DNA from: Botryllus schlosseri
Taxonomy: Eukaryota
Assembly: GCA_051294905.1 (NCBI GenBank)
Contig: CM119383.1
Span: 11,656,001 to 11,720,000, forward strand
Length of the DNA: 64,000 nt
Reading direction: 5' to 3'
This document shows, one piece after another, positions 59,737 through 64,000 of the stretch. Both the position numbers and the translations under genes were made by a program. Below the pieces are notes generated by a model. That model was not told the DNA's origin, searched no databases, and worked only from the letters and a program-made list of their open reading frames with translations. The first letter of the stretch is position 1; the number at the start of each line of letters is the position of its first letter.

Positions 59737-60347
59737 GTATATAAGGAAGCAATGTAAAATATTCAATGATATCGGTTTTCTGCTGCTGTAAATTTACTGC
59801 ATTCGTTAGCTACTCATTTTCTCCGGTGAAGTTTCTTGCCGCGAGAGGACGCAAAAGACGGCTTCGAAAAAGCACTCCAAGAATGTCAGTATGTCGCTCA
59901 CAGTGCCGCAGGGAGGATTAAGACAGACCGAGAAAACTTTTCAGGAATGTGGTGTGATAAATCCTCTCTAAAGCCCAGAGAATTTGTCACTTCGCCGAAT
60001 ATCGTGCTTAGGTGCATATTATGTGAGACTTTCGACGATTATATCTTACGCACTGGCATAGAACAGTGGTGTTGAAGACATGTCATCCAGTGCCGTACTA
60101 TCCTATCTCGCTTTATTATAGCAGGTTGAACAAATTCACACTTACTCACGTTCGGTATTCGAAATCGCGCCGGGCCTCAGCTGTTTGTAAACCGGAAACA
60201 GATCTCATCGCGGCGTGTGTGGGATTTAGCAGAAAAACTGATGAAGTTTCATGTGAATTTTCTTCAGTTCAGAAACAAATAAATATTGGATGATATAACT
60301 GATGTAAACGTTACTGTTTTGCTAAGCATGCACGGCAAGAAACCAGG

Positions 60348-63210
60348 ATGAGCAATGACGGACGTACATCAAACGAGACTGGCCTTTCTTCTAAATTGAA
60401 AAGAACTTTAACCTTACCATTGCCAAGAAAGAAAAGCGGTGGACCTAAATTTTTCGTTGAAAGCGCTAGACAAGGACGAAAAAGTAGCCAGAGAAATGAA
60501 AATGGCAGTTCGTCCCGAAGAGTAGCTAGGACATTATCAAGGAATGGAATTAAAACAAAGGTAGGTCTACCGCATGCCTCGGCTTTTCCAGAGTCTTTGT
60601 GATTTCCATTGTTCTATAAATTGATTTCTTTTTCAACCAAACTATTATCTGTTATTTGCCATGCACCCAGCTTCTTTTCTTTTGAATTTACTGTGGATTT
60701 CGTTCATGTATTGTGTAGCGACATATCGATGCGGTGCTTCAATCTCTCAATATTTTGAAGCCCGATTCGGCTCTGTGCCTTTAAGAATCAGTTGTCAAAA
60801 TATATATCCACCATATCTAAAACGGTCAAGTTAATGCTAACTGGAAATGTCTTGAGATTTAAGTGATTCCAAATCCTTATTTATTTCCTAGAATGTATCC
60901 CAATTTTACAAGTTGAGGCCATTATATGGCTGTTGGTCAATGTACAATCCATCTTGAGCTTATGTTTCAGCAATAGACCTATCACAATGCGTCTGTGATC
61001 GGAGGTTTGAATTGGAATATTCCAAAAAGATCACGTTTGGAACCGCCGAATGTATACTGGCATTCTGTGTTCTACTTCTACTCTCGTATCTATAACCTAT
61101 AGCGCAACTATGATCCAAACTCAAACGTGATCAAAGTGGTCATCTTTGGTACTAGAGTATAGAAGTATGAGTAACATCAGCAATTTCTACTCGAGCACGA
61201 GTAAGTGTAATGACTTCAAAATGAGTAAAAAAGTAATCAGCCTTGTTTTTCCTAAACAACTGAAAACTGAAGTACAAGTGGGACCATTTTAATGACTAAC
61301 GTGGAGCAAGAAAGAAAAATCTACTTGATTACTCGGAAAACATAGAAGTAGCCCAATTTTTTATGACCACCCTTTGATACAACCCGCTGTTGTAATCATC
61401 ATTGATACTCGAGTAGAAGTGGTGATTTACAAATAAGTAAAAACTAAATATTCAAAGCCTACGGAAGCTAGAACCACTGAAAAGTGCAAGTATAAGTGAA
61501 ACTAGCATAAAATCATAACCACTGAATAGTAAGTTGAGGAATTAGGCAAAACCGACCAAACATTCTGAAAAATTACCTGTGTTCAGAACTTTGAATCTGA
61601 AGACGTCACGGACGAAAGCTACCAGGAAACCTTGTCGAGAAGTTCGGTATCTGGGGATAGCCGGTCCGAATCTTCCGCAACCAAAGACGCAGTGGAGGCT
61701 GCTTCCGATAGCGGCAAAAACGGCAAAAAGCGTCGTTACCGGAGATGGCATTCGGACGCGTTGGCCAAGTTCAAAGACGTACGCAAACTACTTAGCGGTT
61801 CGAAAAAGAACATCAGCATATCCGACGTGTTGAAGACGGTCACCCTCAACCGAAATCCGTCCGAAATTTTGGGAATATGCATCAAAGAAATCGAGAGAAG
61901 CGTCACGCCCGAGAACAGAAGCAACAGCGACGTACGCCAATCGAGCGTGATCGTGTCTCGCTTGATTTCCGGCGGAATCGCGGAAAAATACGGCGCCTTA
62001 CAAAAAGGCGACGAGATAGTCCTTGTTAATAATCGCGACGTCAGTCAGTTGACGATAAAAGAGGTCGCGGCATTGATGGATTGCCATAAGCACCTGGTGC
62101 TGACGATACGCTCTGGTGCTAACCATTCAAACAATAACAATATCTCTGACTCCGATCAGGAAGACAGTATCGCGCTAGTGCAAAGAGTCTGCCACAATAT
62201 ATTCGAAGAAAATTTAAACACGCCCGATAGTACAAGCGAATCTGTCGCATCCAACAAAACTGTCCGCGCGCACCCCATTCCGAGTATTTACGATAACAAT
62301 ATCCCGGCTTTGCTAGACCCGATATTGTCAAAACTTAATGATAAGGCTAGTGGTAGTGAAAAGCAAGCGCTCGAAACTGAATATAACGAAGCCTTGCATA
62401 TTTTACTGGACGCGATCAAAAGCTTTGAAAATCCACGTAAGACGCCGCAATCAATTATGTCTGCTGTCGCAGAAAACACTGGTTCTGATTTATGGGGTGC
62501 CGCGAGTCCAGAGAACTCGCAAGAGCACAGCCCGTCCGGTCTGACCGACACTGCCAATCGTGGCACCTTATCGACTACGCCGCACTTCCCAAGCTCGCTA
62601 GATTTGCCGGATATTCCCATATTCCCAGTGCTTCAGTCTGAGGTTTCGATTAGCGAAGAAATTCGAGTAGACGGAATGTCACAAAAGTGTAAGTCCTACC
62701 GGAGGTCCCACTCGTTTTCTACGTATCCGAGCGAAAGCACACATTCGAATAGTAAGTTCACAGCCCATACGCCGTCGCTAAGAGAAAATAGGCATCGGTT
62801 TGTTGGGAAATTGTCAAGGTCCGGTTCGCGACGAACTTCCGACAATAAAATCGATGAAATAGAATGCCGGGACGGCGGCAAATCTGCGTCGCAGTCTATG
62901 CAATCTGATCTCGATAGCCAACGCCCAACCACCCCCGGGCCTCATGCGGCAGCACAGTCAGAGCGCTGCTCCGGAAGAGGTGATGGAACTACCGAGAATA
63001 TTTCCGAATGTGAAAACACTGACGTAAACACCGGGAGCGTATCCAGCCTTGCGATCGAAAATCAGATCAAACGCCAAAATGGTTCGCAACAAGATCTGAA
63101 GACCGCATCACGAAGCCCAGATGAAAACAGTGCAAATAACTTGTTTAAAATCGAGCATTCCTCGGGCATCACTCCAAATACGACTGTGGAGACCATGACT
63201 TCGACCCCAG
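60348..63210 (+). CDS. PDZ-domain protein, 5' part (exons 60348-60560 and 61587-63210), continues beyond the window
   Basis: Exon 1 ends AAAG|gtaggt. Exon 2 starts ttcag|AAC in the same frame as the 551-aa ORF and ends CCAG|gtaaga. PDZ: TVTLNRNPSEILGICIKE...VIVSRLISGGIAEKYGALQKGDEIVLVNNRDVSQLTIKEVAALMDCHKHLVLTIR, followed by a Ser-rich low-complexity region. Confidence 0.8.
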
Positions 63211-64000
63211 GTAAGATTATATATTTATTACCCGATTGCGTGTGTAATGTTGTAGAAATTTTTACTCGCAGATGTTTTGATCGTTAGCTTATTACTGAAG
63301 GCAGGTGTTATTGAAATCTGTGCCTCGATACAGTCGATAGTACTGTGAAATGTGTTTCTGTTACAGTTCATTGCCTGTGGACCTTTTACCAATACCTTCT
63401 TATTTAGCAGATTGGTTGTGATTACATTCTGAATGTAAAATCGCAGTTCAGTATCTTGTATCATGAATTTCGTATTTGCCATATGTGTAGTCTGGCCTTA
63501 ATTTCAACTCAATGATACTCAAACCTCGTTAGTGAAACGTACCAAACAGAAATTGATAGCATAGCAAACGATAGTAGACATGATTTATTGTTAGTGCAAT
63601 ATAGATACCGATGTGCTTCATGTCACTATTGCCTTCATGGCACCATTTTCTTTTGTAGGCTTTAAAGGAAAACTAAAATGATCAATTTCTTAGTTTTTGG
63701 ACCCGTAGATAAAAGATTGTATCATTTTACAACCGTGTAGGTGACAGATCGGAAAGTAGCCTACGTTGAGCGCAACGTAATTTGCAGTAACTGCTGTCTC
63801 TTGGAAAGTCACTTTCATACTGCAATTACAGTAAATTGCTGTGCTTTTACAGGCCAAATTGTAGCGGCATTTTTGCTAACACCCTACAGTATTTACATTT
63901 GATGCTATCAAATAAGTCATGATTGGATTGTCGCGAACGCGCGGGATTCATAGCATGACATTTTTGTTCCGGTACTTGAAATATTTGCTGCGGGTTGGTC

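Noticed and set aside
59836-60293. Short ORFs upstream of the PDZ gene as coding exons
   Set aside because: TTG/GTG starts, no recognisable homology and no in-phase splice link to exon 1. More likely 5' UTR or intergenic.

Overview
Eukaryotic, AT-rich, intron-containing animal genomic DNA. It is most likely an ascidian/tunicate, but that is an inference from the 57-73 nt minimal introns, operon-like gene spacing and acceptor sites just before start codons. Five protein-coding genes could be reconstructed by hand. (1) A complete 37-exon proteasome activator PA200/PSME4 on the minus strand (578-38028, about 1867 aa, C-terminal YYA), including one GC-AG intron. (2) An intronless NDUFB4-like gene, followed 101 bp later by (3) 4-exon MCEE in an operon-like arrangement. 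(4) A complete 6-exon MAP2K4/MKK4. (5) The first two exons of a PDZ-domain protein that runs off the window. Introns and intergenic DNA are full of transposon debris: about 19 hAT-type non-autonomous elements with 8-bp target-site duplications (TSDs), one nested in another; a 2.7-kb TTAA-flanked Kolobok-type element carrying a decayed KolX/P2X7-ballast-like gene and a convergent transposase tail; a Penelope-like retroelement fragment whose dispersed terminal repeats carry a candidate minimal hammerhead ribozyme; L2/CR1-group LINE 3' ends; and a tRNA-derived SINE. All family assignments come from recalled motifs and manual translation. No database search was run.
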